From assembly GCA_035758845.1 (NCBI GenBank), contig DASTVZ010000224.1, positions 151 to 64,150 of the forward strand: a stretch of DNA of 64,000 nt. Reading direction: 5' to 3'. The translations under genes were made by a program, and so were the position numbers. Within the stretch, counting starts at the first letter, position 1. Every line of letters begins with the position of its first letter. Under the pieces are notes generated by a model. The model saw only the letters and a list, made by a program, of their open reading frames with translations. It did no database searches and was not told where the DNA came from. Shown one piece after another: positions 1-10,050 of this stretch. This stretch comes from Vicinamibacterales bacterium. GTDB taxonomy: Bacteria > Acidobacteriota > Vicinamibacteria > Vicinamibacterales > 2-12-FULL-66-21.

Positions 1-1588
1 TGACGCCGCCGGCGATGGTTCGGACGCGATCGGCGCGCCCGGCGATCGATGGACTGCCGGTTTCAGTCGCGGTCCCTTTTTTCAGATACCGATAGCCCTC
101 GGGCGTGTCGCGAAGCATTACCGATGCGGTGCGGTAGGCGTGCTGCCGGCGAGCCGAGAAGTCGTCGACGTTCACTTCATGGCGATCGATCGCCAGGACA
201 CGATGGATCGGCGTCCGATGCGCGGCGCCCTCATACATTTGCCGCACATCCGAATGCGCGAGCAACCAGACGCCAGGCCGAACCTCGCGAAAACCATCGA
301 CCTGCTCCGAGGCCACGATCGGTCCGCGAAGAGCGGTTTGCGTTGCGCTCACTTTGAGCATGCCGAACGAGTCGGCGGCAATCCATGCCTTCCCTCGAAA
401 AAGCGTCGCCGACTTGTCCCCTCTTGCCGAGTCCGGTTCGAACGAGACGACATAGCACAGCGTCGAGCCGATCGTGTCGCGGCCGTCGAGGCGGTAGCGG
501 TACACGTCGGTGAGCGCGATCGCCAGCGGCGGCGACGCCACTCGCTCCGGCTCGATGATGGGCAGTCGCGGGATGGAGCTCCCTTGAAACTCGATCCCGT
601 TGATGCGCAGGTCGCGCTGTTCGATTTCGGTGACGCCGTCCGATGTGTAGAGCGACACTGCAGAACTCACGGTGATCGGCGCAGGGAATCCCGGCGCTTC
701 GAAAGAAAGCGTCAACGTGCCGCTGGCGATGACTGACTGCACGAAAGAGGACTGCCGCGCGACAATCGCTTGATGGCGCGCGATGATCTCTTCAACGGTC
801 AGGGAACGCGAGCCGACGACTTGCACCTGCTGCGCGAACCGGTCGGCCGCCGGTGCTTGCGGTGCATCATTTGATGGCGGCGTGGCGATCGCACGCACGA
901 GTTCCGCCGTCAGCGACCCCGACGCAGCCGGATCGCCGGGGAGACTCCAGATCACGTGCGACGCGCCGGGCACAGCCGTTGCCGCGAGCGCCGCAGTCAC
1001 GGTGGCTGCATCGGATGCCTGCCGCCACACTTCGATGCCAGTCGAATCCAGCGGCATCGAATCACTGAGGACAACGAAGTCGACGTAGGACGCAAGATCC
1101 CGCGACAGCAGCGAACGCCATACGGCCGTGTCGGCGAGCATTCCAATGGTCGTCGTCGGACGAACCGCCGCCCGCAAAGCGGTCAGACTGGTCTTCAACG
1201 AGAACGCAAAGGAATCATCAGTCTGCCCGGTCGGCCGCGACGGCGCGGTCACAACGATTCTGCGGGCGTGCCCGATGACATCTTCGGACCACGACGGAGG
1301 GATGCCGGTCATCAGCAGGGACGGCCGCCCGTTGCGTTGCTCGACATCGATCAGCGCCGACAGCCCCGCATTCTCGCTGCCGGCGGTCACGCGGACGAAG
1401 ACTTCCAACCCATCAAGTGCGGCAGGCAGCGATGCCGAAGCGGACGGATCGATGGCAATCGACAAACATTGAGCGCAAATGCCGGACTGCGGCGCCGCTG
1501 CCGTCCGCGCCGAAGCGGGCAAAACTGTGAGCAGCGCCGCGAGTGAAGCAGCAGCCTGAGCAGCGGCGTATAATGGTCGTTTCGTCAT
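1..1588 (-). CDS. secreted hypothetical protein; its 3' end runs off the left edge (C-terminal region looks LolA-like / lipoprotein-sorting-like)
   Basis: Missing from the ORF track because no stop lies in the window. Manual reverse translation from ATG 1588-1586 gives MTKRPLYAAAQAAASLAALLTVLPASA (signal-like). The frame stays open and protein-like down to base 2; I checked it codon by codon at 721-778 and 2-58. Confidence 0.6.
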   Translation of the reverse strand, partial: MTKRPLYAAAQAAASLAALLTVLPASARTAAAPQSGICAQCLSIAIDPSASASLPAALDGLEVFVRVTAGSENAGLSALIDVEQRNGRPSLLMTGIPPSWSEDVIGHARRIVVTAPSRPTGQTDDSFAFSLKTSLTALRAAVRPTTTIGMLADTAVWRSLLSRDLASYVDFVVLSDSMPLDSTGIEVWRQASDAATVTAALAATAVPGASHVIWSLPGDPAASGSLTAELVRAIATPPSNDAPQAPAADRFAQQVQVVGSRSLTVEEIIARHQAIVARQSSFVQSVIASGTLTLSFEAPGFPAPITVSSAVSLYTSDGVTEIEQRDLRINGIEFQGSSIPRLPIIEPERVASPPLAIALTDVYRYRLDGRDTIGSTLCYVVSFEPDSARGDKSATLFRGKAWIAADSFGMLKVSATQTALRGPIVASEQVDGFREVRPGVWLLAHSDVRQMYEGAAHRTPIHRVLAIDRHEVNVDDFSARRQHAYRTASVMLRDTPEGYRYLKKGTATETGSPSIAGRADRVRTIAGGV

Positions 1589-1608
1589 GTTCCGGAAGCG
1601 CCCCTGAC

Positions 1609-3021
1609 ATGCGCGTCTTTGCGATCTGCCAGGACGAGCTCGTCATCCGTTCGCTCGATACGGTGCTGCTGCCAAGCTTCGAGGTCGACTTTCTGGTCGA
1701 AAGCCGGCCGCTCGCGCGGCGTCTACACGACGCCGGGATTGCAGCGAGCGCCGGCGACCCCCGGCGCATCGATACCTACCTCAAAGCCGACATCTCCCCC
1801 AGCACCTGTTTCATCGTCGAAGACAACGGCCGCCGAAGCGTGAAGAAAGTGTTGTCGACGATTCGCGACGCCGGCGGAACACTCGTCTACGTCTTACATA
1901 CCACGCCCTCCAAGGCGTCGGAGGCGGCGCGCGCAGAATTTCCGGATGTCACGCATCTCGAGCTGCCGGAGCTCATCCGTCCAACGCTGATCACCGAGCT
2001 CAGCCGGTCGATGACGCGCGCCCGCGTGCAGCAGTATCAGCGATACTTCGCTGACGCGGACAAGGTCCTCATCCTCCTGCACAACGATCCGGATCCCGAC
2101 GCCCTGGCCAGCGGATTGGCGCTCAGAAACCTGCTGCGGCGGACGAAGACGACGGCGATCATCGGTGCGGTTCAGGGGGTGACGCGGCCGGAAAATCTGC
2201 GCATGGCCAACATGCTCGACATTCACGTCGAGAAGATCACGCCGGCGTCGTTCAAGGAATTCGATCGCATTGCCACCGTCGACGTGCAGCCGCACTATTT
2301 CGGAGGAATGCTCGATCGCGTCGACCTCGTCGTCGATCATCACCCTGAGCAGACCGGGTACATCGCCGCGTACAAGGACATCAGGGCAGATTACGGATCG
2401 ACCTCGACGATACTTACCGAGCACCTGCGCGCGGTCGACGTGAACATCTCCGAGCGCACCGCCACTGCGATGCTTTACGCCATCAAGTCCGACACACTCT
2501 TTTTCGCCCGGCACACGAACCGTGTCGATCTCGAGGCGTTCACATTTCTGTATCCGCTCGCCGACGCGGCGTTGATCAGAAAGATGGAAGGCGCAGAAAT
2601 CACGCTCGAGCGGCTCGACTACGTCACCCGTGCGATCCAGGCCGGGATCATGCGCGACCAGGTCTTCAGCTCATTTATCGGCGACGCGCCGCGGGAAGAC
2701 TTCGTCCCATATACGGCCGACTTCTTCCTGCAGCTTGAAGATGTGAAGTGGACAATCATCGCCGGCGTCGTCAATGGAACAATGATCGTCAGCGTGCGGA
2801 ACCTCGGGTACTCGCGGAACGCCGGCGAATTCGTGAAGCGCTGGTTTGCCGACATCGGCAGCGCCGGCGGCCATCGCGCGATGGCCAAGGCGGTCGTACC
2901 AATGGATAAGTTCCGGGGAAAGTTCGGCGACCTGAGCGGCCCCGCGATCACCGCTCTGATCGCGGAGATGGCCGAACAGTTTCTGCACGAACCCAAGAAA
3001 GAGCCGGTCGGGACTAGGTAA
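1609..3021 (+). CDS. DHH/DHHA1 family phosphoesterase (NrnA-like) with an extra N-terminal domain of about 165 aa
   Basis: ORF 1543..3021. Motifs LLHNDPDPDALAS, VVDHHP and GSAGGHRAMA. Start moved to ATG 1609 (MRVFAICQ) because the divergent neighbour starts at 1588. Confidence 0.8.
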   Translation: MRVFAICQDELVIRSLDTVLLPSFEVDFLVESRPLARRLHDAGIAASAGDPRRIDTYLKADISPSTCFIVEDNGRRSVKKVLSTIRDAGGTLVYVLHTTPSKASEAARAEFPDVTHLELPELIRPTLITELSRSMTRARVQQYQRYFADADKVLILLHNDPDPDALASGLALRNLLRRTKTTAIIGAVQGVTRPENLRMANMLDIHVEKITPASFKEFDRIATVDVQPHYFGGMLDRVDLVVDHHPEQTGYIAAYKDIRADYGSTSTILTEHLRAVDVNISERTATAMLYAIKSDTLFFARHTNRVDLEAFTFLYPLADAALIRKMEGAEITLERLDYVTRAIQAGIMRDQVFSSFIGDAPREDFVPYTADFFLQLEDVKWTIIAGVVNGTMIVSVRNLGYSRNAGEFVKRWFADIGSAGGHRAMAKAVVPMDKFRGKFGDLSGPAITALIAEMAEQFLHEPKKEPVGTR

Positions 3022-4174
3022 GCGCCTGGTCGAGATCTGCGATCAGATCTTCGGCATCCTCTAATCCGACCGACAAGCGCGCCATGCTGTGGGTGACGCC
3101 GGCGCGTTCGAGCTCCTCTTCAGTGTGGCCCCACTGCGAGGTCAAGACCGGCAGGCTGCACAGGCTTTCCACTCCGCCGAGGCTGGCGGCGCGCTTGAAC
3201 ACTTTCAGTCGATCGAAGAATCGCGCGGCGCGATCGTAACCGCCGCCGACGTCAACGCAGACCATTCCACCGAATCCGCGCATCTGCTTCGCCGCGATTG
3301 CGTGATCGGGATGCCGCTCGAGACCGGGATAGTACACCGTCTTCACGCGACGATCGGTCGACAGCCATCGCGCCACTGCCATCGCGTTCGCGTTATGGCG
3401 CTCCATGCGAACCGCCAGCGTCTTGAGGCCGCGTCCCAGCGCATAGGCGGCGTAGGGATCCAGGATCGTCCCCAGTTTCTTGCGCGCGTCGAGAATAGGC
3501 TCCATTAGCCGCGTCGGACCCGCCAGCGCGCCCGCCGTGACGTCGCTGTGGCCGTTGAGATACTTCGTCGCGCTGTGCATCACGAGATCGATGCCGAGCG
3601 CGATCGGCTGCTGATTGATCGGGCTGGCAAACGTATTATCCACCGCCGAGATCACGCCCCGTGCTTTGCATGCACTGGCCACAGCCGCGATGTCGACGCA
3701 TCGCAGCGTCGGGTTGATCGGGGACTCGAACCACACCACCTTCGTGTTCGCCGAGAAGATCGTTTCGGCGCGGGCGAGTTCTTCAAGCGAAACGAAGCGA
3801 GGTTTGATACCGAACTTCGGCAGTAAATCCGCCAGCAGATGGAGCGTCCCGCCGTAAATCGCGGAACTGCACACGACTTCGTCACCCGACGCCGTCAGCG
3901 CCATCAGAGCTGTCGTCGTCGCCGCTTGTCCACTCGACAAGACGAGCGCAGTCTCGGCGCCTTCAAGCGTCGCGATCTTCTGCTCGATCGGGGTTACCGT
4001 CGGATTCGCGTAGCGCGAATATAAGTACTTCGACGAACGCCCCTCGTTATACGCGACCACCTCGGCCGCGTCCTGAAACAGGAACGTTGTCGTTTCATAA
4101 ATCGGCGTCGTCAGCGGCGCCGCATCGCGACTCGCACCGTCGGAATGGTGAATCAATTCAGTTGCCGGTTTCAT
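3014..4174 (-). CDS. PLP-dependent Cys/Met metabolism enzyme (cystathionine gamma-synthase / methionine gamma-lyase family)
   Basis: ORF 3014..4237. SATKYLNGHSD PLP-lysine motif and PIYETTTFLF. Start set to ATG 4174 (MKPATELIHH) because the upstream codons only translate a heptad repeat. Confidence 0.85.
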   Translation of the reverse strand: MKPATELIHHSDGASRDAAPLTTPIYETTTFLFQDAAEVVAYNEGRSSKYLYSRYANPTVTPIEQKIATLEGAETALVLSSGQAATTTALMALTASGDEVVCSSAIYGGTLHLLADLLPKFGIKPRFVSLEELARAETIFSANTKVVWFESPINPTLRCVDIAAVASACKARGVISAVDNTFASPINQQPIALGIDLVMHSATKYLNGHSDVTAGALAGPTRLMEPILDARKKLGTILDPYAAYALGRGLKTLAVRMERHNANAMAVARWLSTDRRVKTVYYPGLERHPDHAIAAKQMRGFGGMVCVDVGGGYDRAARFFDRLKVFKRAASLGGVESLCSLPVLTSQWGHTEEELERAGVTHSMARLSVGLEDAEDLIADLDQALT

Positions 4175-4189
4175 AGGTGTCTCACTGAA

Positions 4190-4267
4190 ATTGTTGATTG
4201 CTGATTTCTGATGGCTGATTGGTTTCTCGCTCTTCAATCAGCGATCAGCAATCGAAAATCAGCAATT
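4190..4267. repeat. inverted heptad array: about 4 GCTGATT-type units, a 13-nt loop, then about 4 AATCAGC-type units
   Basis: Read directly: attgttgattgctgatttctgatggctgattgg / tttctcgctcttc / aatcagcgatcagcaatcgaaaatcagcaatt. It fills the spacer between the patatin-like stop (4274) and the PLP-enzyme start (4174). Confidence 0.85.
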
Positions 4268-4273
4268 CCATTG

Positions 4274-5734
4274 TCACGCTTTCCCTCTCTTCCCCGCGGC
4301 GCCATTCCCCTGATGGACTTCCATCCGCTCGCCGCCGGCGCCAACGATCGGCTCGATGAACTGCCGATACGCGTCCTCATATCCGCGATCGACGAGTTCC
4401 GAGAGCGCCTGGGTGCGATCCGACCGCTCGTCATAAACACCGGCGAAATCCAGCGGACCGAGCGGATTGTGGACAGGCCGAATCACGAACATTCCGGCAA
4501 ACCGGCCATCGAAATGTTCCAGGGCATCGCGCAGGCTCGCCGCCTCGAACGAGGCGAGATATTCGCCGGCCCGGCCGCGAATCTCCTCGCGACCCGTGCC
4601 GAGTTGATGAGCAATGGCTTCGGGCGATGATGCACTGACGACGATCACTTGTTCTGCGCCGGCCGTCGCCACTTCACGAAGCAGCCTTGCCAGAGCCGCA
4701 GGACGATCGCAGAGTCGATGTGTCTCGCCGCGCCAGGGTCCCTCGGGCGGGAACGCCGTCAGGTGAGGCGTCGTCGCGACCGGCAACGCGAGCGCGGCGG
4801 CCAGTGCGTCGAACGCATAATCGCGCGAGATTCCCGACAGGTCGAACGCCTCCAGGTATCGCGACGCACTCTCTGGTGCTCCCGGCCGCCCGAAAAAGCG
4901 CGAACGATGGGCGTGGCCCAGGAGCGCAAAGACCACGTCGCGCCGCGCATCGATGTCGTGAACCGCGACCAGCAATTCTCTGAAACCAGGCTGTCCAAGA
5001 TTGTCGGTGAGCAGTTCGACATACCGCCGCGCGAGATCGTTCGCCTCCGGCCGCGCGAGCGGCGCCGCTCCGCGGATCAGATTCCACAGTTCGGTCAACG
5101 ACCCGGTCAAGAGAGTCGAGGATGTGAGTGGTGATCCAAGCAAGCGCCAGAGAATTGATTGCCTCGCCCGCCGGCGCAGATGGGCACCGATCGTGGACCA
5201 GCCGAGATTGATCGCCAGCGCCGCGACGCCGACCACGAGGACGAACAGCACCAGCCTGGGGATCGTGGTTGGAAGCGCCGTCGGCGCAAAAAGCGCGTCG
5301 ATCCATCCGCTGAACGTCGAGCGGAGCGTCGCCGCCGGAGCGTCGAGACCGACAAGCGTCAGGAGGAGTCCGGCGAGCCCGACGAGGACGGCGATCCCCA
5401 GCAGCGTCATCGGCACAGCAAACACCACCGCGGCGGCGGCGAGCGTCCACCCTGCGATACGAAGCGGCAGTCGCCATCGATAGAACTGCGTCGCCGCCGT
5501 TGAGCGCCACAGGCCGTTGGCTTCCCAGAGCCGAACACCGCCGTCGACGGCAGTGAAGACGGCACTGATGGCGCCGACCCCACGGCCGGCGACCAGGTCG
5601 ATTTTGACGCCAGCTTCGTGGAGGGCCCGAAGCACGCCGGCATGATACGCGCCCGCCGTGCCTGATCCGGTCAGCACGAGCGCGGTTCTCAGTCGCGTCG
5701 AATACTGCCGGTCCGGGGCCTCGGGTGTAATCAC
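4274..5734 (-). CDS. patatin-like phospholipase family protein with an internal transmembrane insertion and a degenerate nucleophile motif
   Basis: LVLTGSGTAGAYHAGVLRAL matches the oxyanion-hole region. GRGVG sits where GxSxG is expected. Two hydrophobic stretches lie around aa 95-190. GTG start at 5734. Confidence 0.7.
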   Translation of the reverse strand: MITPEAPDRQYSTRLRTALVLTGSGTAGAYHAGVLRALHEAGVKIDLVAGRGVGAISAVFTAVDGGVRLWEANGLWRSTAATQFYRWRLPLRIAGWTLAAAAVVFAVPMTLLGIAVLVGLAGLLLTLVGLDAPAATLRSTFSGWIDALFAPTALPTTIPRLVLFVLVVGVAALAINLGWSTIGAHLRRRARQSILWRLLGSPLTSSTLLTGSLTELWNLIRGAAPLARPEANDLARRYVELLTDNLGQPGFRELLVAVHDIDARRDVVFALLGHAHRSRFFGRPGAPESASRYLEAFDLSGISRDYAFDALAAALALPVATTPHLTAFPPEGPWRGETHRLCDRPAALARLLREVATAGAEQVIVVSASSPEAIAHQLGTGREEIRGRAGEYLASFEAASLRDALEHFDGRFAGMFVIRPVHNPLGPLDFAGVYDERSDRTQALSELVDRGYEDAYRQFIEPIVGAGGERMEVHQGNGAAGKRGKA

Positions 5735-5747
5735 AACCGGTGTGTGC

Positions 5748-6215
5748 TCAGGCTTCGTCGTGAATGGTAATGAGCTTCACGAGCTCGAATCGACGCATCC
5801 CGTTCGGCGTCGCGATCGTGACCTCGTCCCCCTCCTCTTTGTTGAGGAGGCCGCGCCCGATCGGCGACGCGGTCGAAATCAATCCTTGTTCGACGTCGGC
5901 GTCTTCCGGCATGACCAGTTGATAGACCGTCGTCTGGCCGTTGGGATCCTTCAGATGAACCGTCGATCCGAATCCGACTTTATCGTGCGGGATCTTGTCG
6001 AGGTTCATCAACGAGATTTCGCTGACTCGCTTCTGGAGCATGCTGATGCGCGATTCGACCAGCCGCTGCCGCTCTTTGGCCGCCTGGTACTCGGCGTTCT
6101 CCCGCAGATCGCCCAACTCACGCGCCCGCTTGATTTCCTTTGGCAGCTCCGTTTTCAGCTCACGATCGAGCGCCTGGATCTCATCTTCGAATTTCTTGAG
6201 GAGACGATCCTTCAT
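5748..6215 (-). CDS. greA: transcription elongation factor GreA
   Basis: 155 aa with LRENAEYQAAKERQ and a GreA C-terminal domain pattern. Confidence 0.95.
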   Translation of the reverse strand: MKDRLLKKFEDEIQALDRELKTELPKEIKRARELGDLRENAEYQAAKERQRLVESRISMLQKRVSEISLMNLDKIPHDKVGFGSTVHLKDPNGQTTVYQLVMPEDADVEQGLISTASPIGRGLLNKEEGDEVTIATPNGMRRFELVKLITIHDEA

Positions 6216-6238
6216 TCCCCGGATGGTAGCAGAAAACC

Positions 6239-6271
6239 ATTGCTGAATGCTGATTGCTGAAGGCGGATTGC
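6239..6271. repeat. direct heptad array, TGCTGAW/GCGGATT units (about 4.5 copies)
   Basis: attgctgaatgctgattgctgaaggcggattgc lies between the divergent greA and trmH-like starts. Confidence 0.7.
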
Positions 6272-7111
6272 ATGCCGTCCGCTTCCTGCAGACGAACTAC
6301 AATTTGGGCAGTGGTGCAACGGATTTCGAGTCGGCAGAATCCGATCGTTCGTTACTTTCGCAATGTCAGCTCGGGAAGGATCCCTGAGCGCGTCCTCCTC
6401 GACGGGGATCATCTGATCGAAGAGGCGCTCACGTCCGGCGTCGACATCGAGGTCGCCGCATTCACAGACGACGTATCAGCGGACAGGTTCGCAAGTCGAG
6501 TGGGGAACGGCACCCGCACACTGATTGTTTCCAGCGCCGTGCTCAAGGCCCTGAGCCCGGTGCAATCACCGTCCGGAAGTGTCGCCCTTGCGGCGCGACC
6601 GCATGCAGATCTCGAGCGCGTATTTGCGCGAGCGCCGCAGCTGATCCTTCTCCTTCACGAAGTGCAGGATCCGGGCAACATCGGCGCGATCGTGCGCGCC
6701 GCCGAGGGGTGCAGTGCGACCGGCATTGTCTGCAGCGAACGCACGGCAGATCCGTTCGGGTGGAAGGCGTTGCGCGGTTCGATGGGCAGCTCGTTCAGAG
6801 TGCCGGTGGCGACAAGACAGCCCGCCGCCGAGACGATCGCGAGCGCACGCGGAAAAGGTTTGCGGATATTCGCCACGAGCGCGCACGGCGGCACACCACT
6901 CCCACAGTCCAACCTGCGGATGCCTGCGGTCATCGTCCTGGGCGGCGAAGGCGGCGGCCTGCCGGCAGCAATCATGGACCTTGCAGATGAGCGCCTGACG
7001 ATTCCGATGCAGCCGCCGGTCGAATCATTAAACGTCGCCATCGCCGCCGCGCTGGTGACCTACGAGGCGGCCAGGCAACGTCATACGGACCGCGTTCATG
7101 TCGCTGTTTGA
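6272..7111 (+). CDS. TrmH/SpoU family RNA 2'-O-methyltransferase
   Basis: ORF 6254..7111. [11 protein letters not shown] and [18 protein letters not shown] motifs. ATG 6272 chosen; GTG at 6311 or 6314 is also possible. Confidence 0.8.
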   Translation: MPSASCRRTTIWAVVQRISSRQNPIVRYFRNVSSGRIPERVLLDGDHLIEEALTSGVDIEVAAFTDDVSADRFASRVGNGTRTLIVSSAVLKALSPVQSPSGSVALAARPHADLERVFARAPQLILLLHEVQDPGNIGAIVRAAEGCSATGIVCSERTADPFGWKALRGSMGSSFRVPVATRQPAAETIASARGKGLRIFATSAHGGTPLPQSNLRMPAVIVLGGEGGGLPAAIMDLADERLTIPMQPPVESLNVAIAAALVTYEAARQRHTDRVHVAV

Positions 7112-8444
7112 CGATCCGCCGACCGCTGAGCCGGCCAAGGCGGCACCTTCACCACTTGCTGAGCGGATGCGGCCGCGCACGCTTGACGAGTTCGTCGGCC
7201 AGGACGCGCTGATCGGACCGGGCCGGCCGCTGCGGCTCGCGATCGAACGCGATCAATTGCAATCGATCATTTTGTGGGGACCGCCGGGCACGGGGAAGAC
7301 GACCCTCGCGCGGTTGGTTGCGAACGTGACGCGCGCCCATTTCATTTCGTTCAGTGCCGTGCTCTCCGGCATCAAGGAGATCCGCGCCGTCATGGCCGAA
7401 GCGGAAGAGGCGAGGCGTCGTCTCGGCCGGAGAACCATCCTCTTCATTGACGAGATTCATCGCTTCAATAAAGCGCAGCAAGATGCCTTTCTCCCGCGCG
7501 TCGAAGCGGGCGATATCGTTCTCATCGGCGCGACGACGGAAAACCCGTCGTTCGAAGTGAACTCGGCATTGCTGTCGCGCTCGAAAGTTTATGTACTGAA
7601 GGGGCTCGGACAGGAAGAGATCGTGATGATTTTGCGGCGCGCGCTCGAGGATCGCGAACGCGGGCTTGGCAGTTTCGAAGTCACGGCCGACGACGACGCG
7701 CTCGCCGGAGTCGCGCGATATGCCAATGGCGACGCGCGCGTGGCATTGAATACGCTGGAGACCACTGTTAGCGCCGCCGGCGCAAATCGCCGAATCGACG
7801 CGAAACTCGTCGCAGAAGTCGCACAGAGCCGGGCGCTCCTGTACGACAAGAGCGGCGAAGAGCACTACAACCTGATTTCCGCGCTCCACAAGTCGATGCG
7901 CAACAGCGACCCGGATGCGACGGTCTATTGGCTCGCACGAATGATTGAAGCTGGAGAGGATCCGCTGTACATCGCACGCCGACTCGTGCGATTCGCGTCC
8001 GAAGACATCGGCAACGCCGACCCTCGAGCCCTGACGCTGGCCGTCGCGGCCAAAGATGCCGTGCATTTCATCGGAATGCCGGAGGGCAACACCGCACTCG
8101 CGCAAGCTGCGATCTACATGGCCGTAGCCGCGAAGAGCAATGCGGTCTATCGAGCGTATCTTGCGGCGGCGGATGCGGCGTCGAAGGAAATCGCCGAGCC
8201 GGTTCCGCTACATCTGCGAAATGCGCCAACGCGTCTGATGAAAGAGCTCGAATATGGGAAAGGCTACCGCTACGCCCACGACGAAGCGGAGGGCGTCGCT
8301 GCCGACATGGTGTGCTTACCGCCGGCACATGAAGGCCGGCAATTCTACGAGCCGACGGATCGGGGGCTGGAATCGGAAATTCGAAAAAAGCTCGAGGAGC
8401 TCCGCCGGAAACGTGGAAAGAGGCCGCCGGAGCCCGAGGAGTAG
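7098..8444 (+). CDS. rarA: replication-associated recombination protein A (AAA+ ATPase)
   Basis: [16 protein letters not shown] Walker A and a MgsA C-terminal region. Overlaps the upstream gene by 14 nt. Confidence 0.95.
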   Translation: MSLFDDPPTAEPAKAAPSPLAERMRPRTLDEFVGQDALIGPGRPLRLAIERDQLQSIILWGPPGTGKTTLARLVANVTRAHFISFSAVLSGIKEIRAVMAEAEEARRRLGRRTILFIDEIHRFNKAQQDAFLPRVEAGDIVLIGATTENPSFEVNSALLSRSKVYVLKGLGQEEIVMILRRALEDRERGLGSFEVTADDDALAGVARYANGDARVALNTLETTVSAAGANRRIDAKLVAEVAQSRALLYDKSGEEHYNLISALHKSMRNSDPDATVYWLARMIEAGEDPLYIARRLVRFASEDIGNADPRALTLAVAAKDAVHFIGMPEGNTALAQAAIYMAVAAKSNAVYRAYLAAADAASKEIAEPVPLHLRNAPTRLMKELEYGKGYRYAHDEAEGVAADMVCLPPAHEGRQFYEPTDRGLESEIRKKLEELRRKRGKRPPEPEE

Positions 8445-8448
8445 ACGC

Positions 8449-9318
8449 CTACTTGACTTTGCGGAACATCTCCGCGCGAAGCGGGAGGATGAACGAGAAG
8501 CGAAAATCACCCTGCATCCGGCCGATCGGGATGCCGACGAGATCGCCATCGCGGTTGAGGATGCCCCCACCCGATACCCCCGGATGTCCGTCGGTCAGGC
8601 AGGTCACGAGATTGCCAATATGCTGCCCGACGTAGCCGGTGGACAGAATGATGCCCTTCGAATAGTCGTTCCCGAGCCTGAAGATCGGGTCGGCGAAATC
8701 AAACGAGTACTGCAGATTCACATTGAGCGGAGGAAGATCGATCGGCTCGTTGACACGAACGATCGCCCAGTCGCCCGGATCCACTTCGGCCTTCGCCTCA
8801 CCAGCATCGACCATGCGCGCGAGAATCGAGCGTCCTTTGTAGCTGATCTTGATCGATTCGATGCGCCGCGGATCCGACTGTCCTTCCTGTCCGAGCGCCA
8901 CGACCGCATGTTTAACCGTGATGAAGTAACCCTTGCCGAGATACCCGGCCGTTCCGTAGTTGCTCGAGCCGCGATCGTCGTAGGTGTTCAGCTCGACGAA
9001 ACTGTTACGGCGTTCGCGGAGCACATTGAGCGGCAAGAGGCCCATCTCTGCGGATAGCTCGCGCTTCACGTCCGCAATAATGGCTGCCCGGCTGTCGTCG
9101 TCCATCATCGATGTCGCCGCTGCGGGATGGCGTCCAGCGGTTCCCGTTGGCCTCTGCAGTTCACGCTGTTTTAGAAGCTGCAGTTCGGCATGAAGCGCAG
9201 CAATCCGTTCTTCGCTGGTTGCGTTCTGCCGGGCGGCGAGATAGTTGACGAGCCCGAAGAAAATGAAGGCAAAAACGATGACGACGAATACGGGGATCGC
9301 TCGAATACGCGTAGACAT
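8449..9318 (-). CDS. membrane-anchored trypsin-like serine protease
   Basis: N-terminal TM helix IPVFVVIVFAFIFFGLV, a TVKHAV His region and a GHPGVSGGGIL serine motif. Confidence 0.75.
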   Translation of the reverse strand: MSTRIRAIPVFVVIVFAFIFFGLVNYLAARQNATSEERIAALHAELQLLKQRELQRPTGTAGRHPAAATSMMDDDSRAAIIADVKRELSAEMGLLPLNVLRERRNSFVELNTYDDRGSSNYGTAGYLGKGYFITVKHAVVALGQEGQSDPRRIESIKISYKGRSILARMVDAGEAKAEVDPGDWAIVRVNEPIDLPPLNVNLQYSFDFADPIFRLGNDYSKGIILSTGYVGQHIGNLVTCLTDGHPGVSGGGILNRDGDLVGIPIGRMQGDFRFSFILPLRAEMFRKVK

Positions 9319-9582
9319 ACGGACTCCAAGTTCGGCAGCTAAATCACCCCGTGGTGACGGAGCTTACAGCTTTGCCGCGCCCGCGCAAGGGCTGGCCTTT
9401 TTCGCTTGGACTAGAAACGAATTGCCGGGATGCAAAAACTTTAAGGCTGAATCTAATTCGAGTCAAGCGCAAATCTTACATAGTTAAGGGCTTATTGATG
9501 AGCACTTCATGTAGCGAAAGACATCTGAACAGCCTGTCTACCTCTGCAGTATTCGGAAGTGTCGTGCAACTGTGAATACTTT

Positions 9583-9654
9583 GGCTGGTGAGCCGCTGAC
9601 TGTTGGCTGTCGATGATGGAGTTCAGAACCCAGAAGCCAAGAGCCGGAAGTCAG
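9583..9654. repeat. inverted short-unit array, GGCTG-type units facing CAGAASC heptads
   Basis: ggctggtgagccgctgactgttggctgtc ... cagaacccagaagccaagagccggaagtcag. It ends at the DUF488 stop codon (9655). Confidence 0.55.
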
Positions 9655-10047
9655 TCACCGAAGCACCGTCCCTCCTGCTTCAATGAGCAATTCACGCAGG
9701 ATCGATCGATGACATCGCGATTCATCAGCGCAGTAGCAGCCGACCGAAAGATTCGTTTGCGATGACAGTCGGGCGAGAAGGGCAATCAGATGGGCGGCCG
9801 ATGGCGCGCGCATCTCTTGGCGATACTCGCGCGCAAAACGCTTCCATCTCGCATCGGTGAACGGTTGCGACGTGGCCCGCGAGAATAGCTCGGGACTCGG
9901 AGCGAGTTCAGGAACCCAGACATCGTAGAAATCACGGGTCGCAAATTCCGCCCGTGGCACACCGCGCGGCGGACGGCGCACGGTTCCGAGACGAAGGCCT
10001 TCGTCAGGATGACGTGGCGTTCCCAGGCGAACCACCCGCAGCGACAT
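9655..10047 (-). CDS. DUF488 family protein
   Basis: 130 aa. WVPELAPSPELF ... LSVGCYCADESRCHRSIL is typical of DUF488. Confidence 0.8.
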   Translation of the reverse strand: MSLRVVRLGTPRHPDEGLRLGTVRRPPRGVPRAEFATRDFYDVWVPELAPSPELFSRATSQPFTDARWKRFAREYRQEMRAPSAAHLIALLARLSSQTNLSVGCYCADESRCHRSILRELLIEAGGTVLR

Positions 10048-10050
10048 TGC

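Noticed and set aside
3014-3021. An 8-nt convergent overlap of the DHH phosphoesterase and PLP enzyme 3' ends, considered as a regulatory feature.
   Set aside because: Short convergent overlaps are common in compact GC-rich genomes, and there is no associated structure.
9440-9475. A tRNA-like T-loop motif (ttcgagtc) in the AT-rich spacer.
   Set aside because: The flanking bases do not form a T-stem, and no acceptor or anticodon arms can be drawn.
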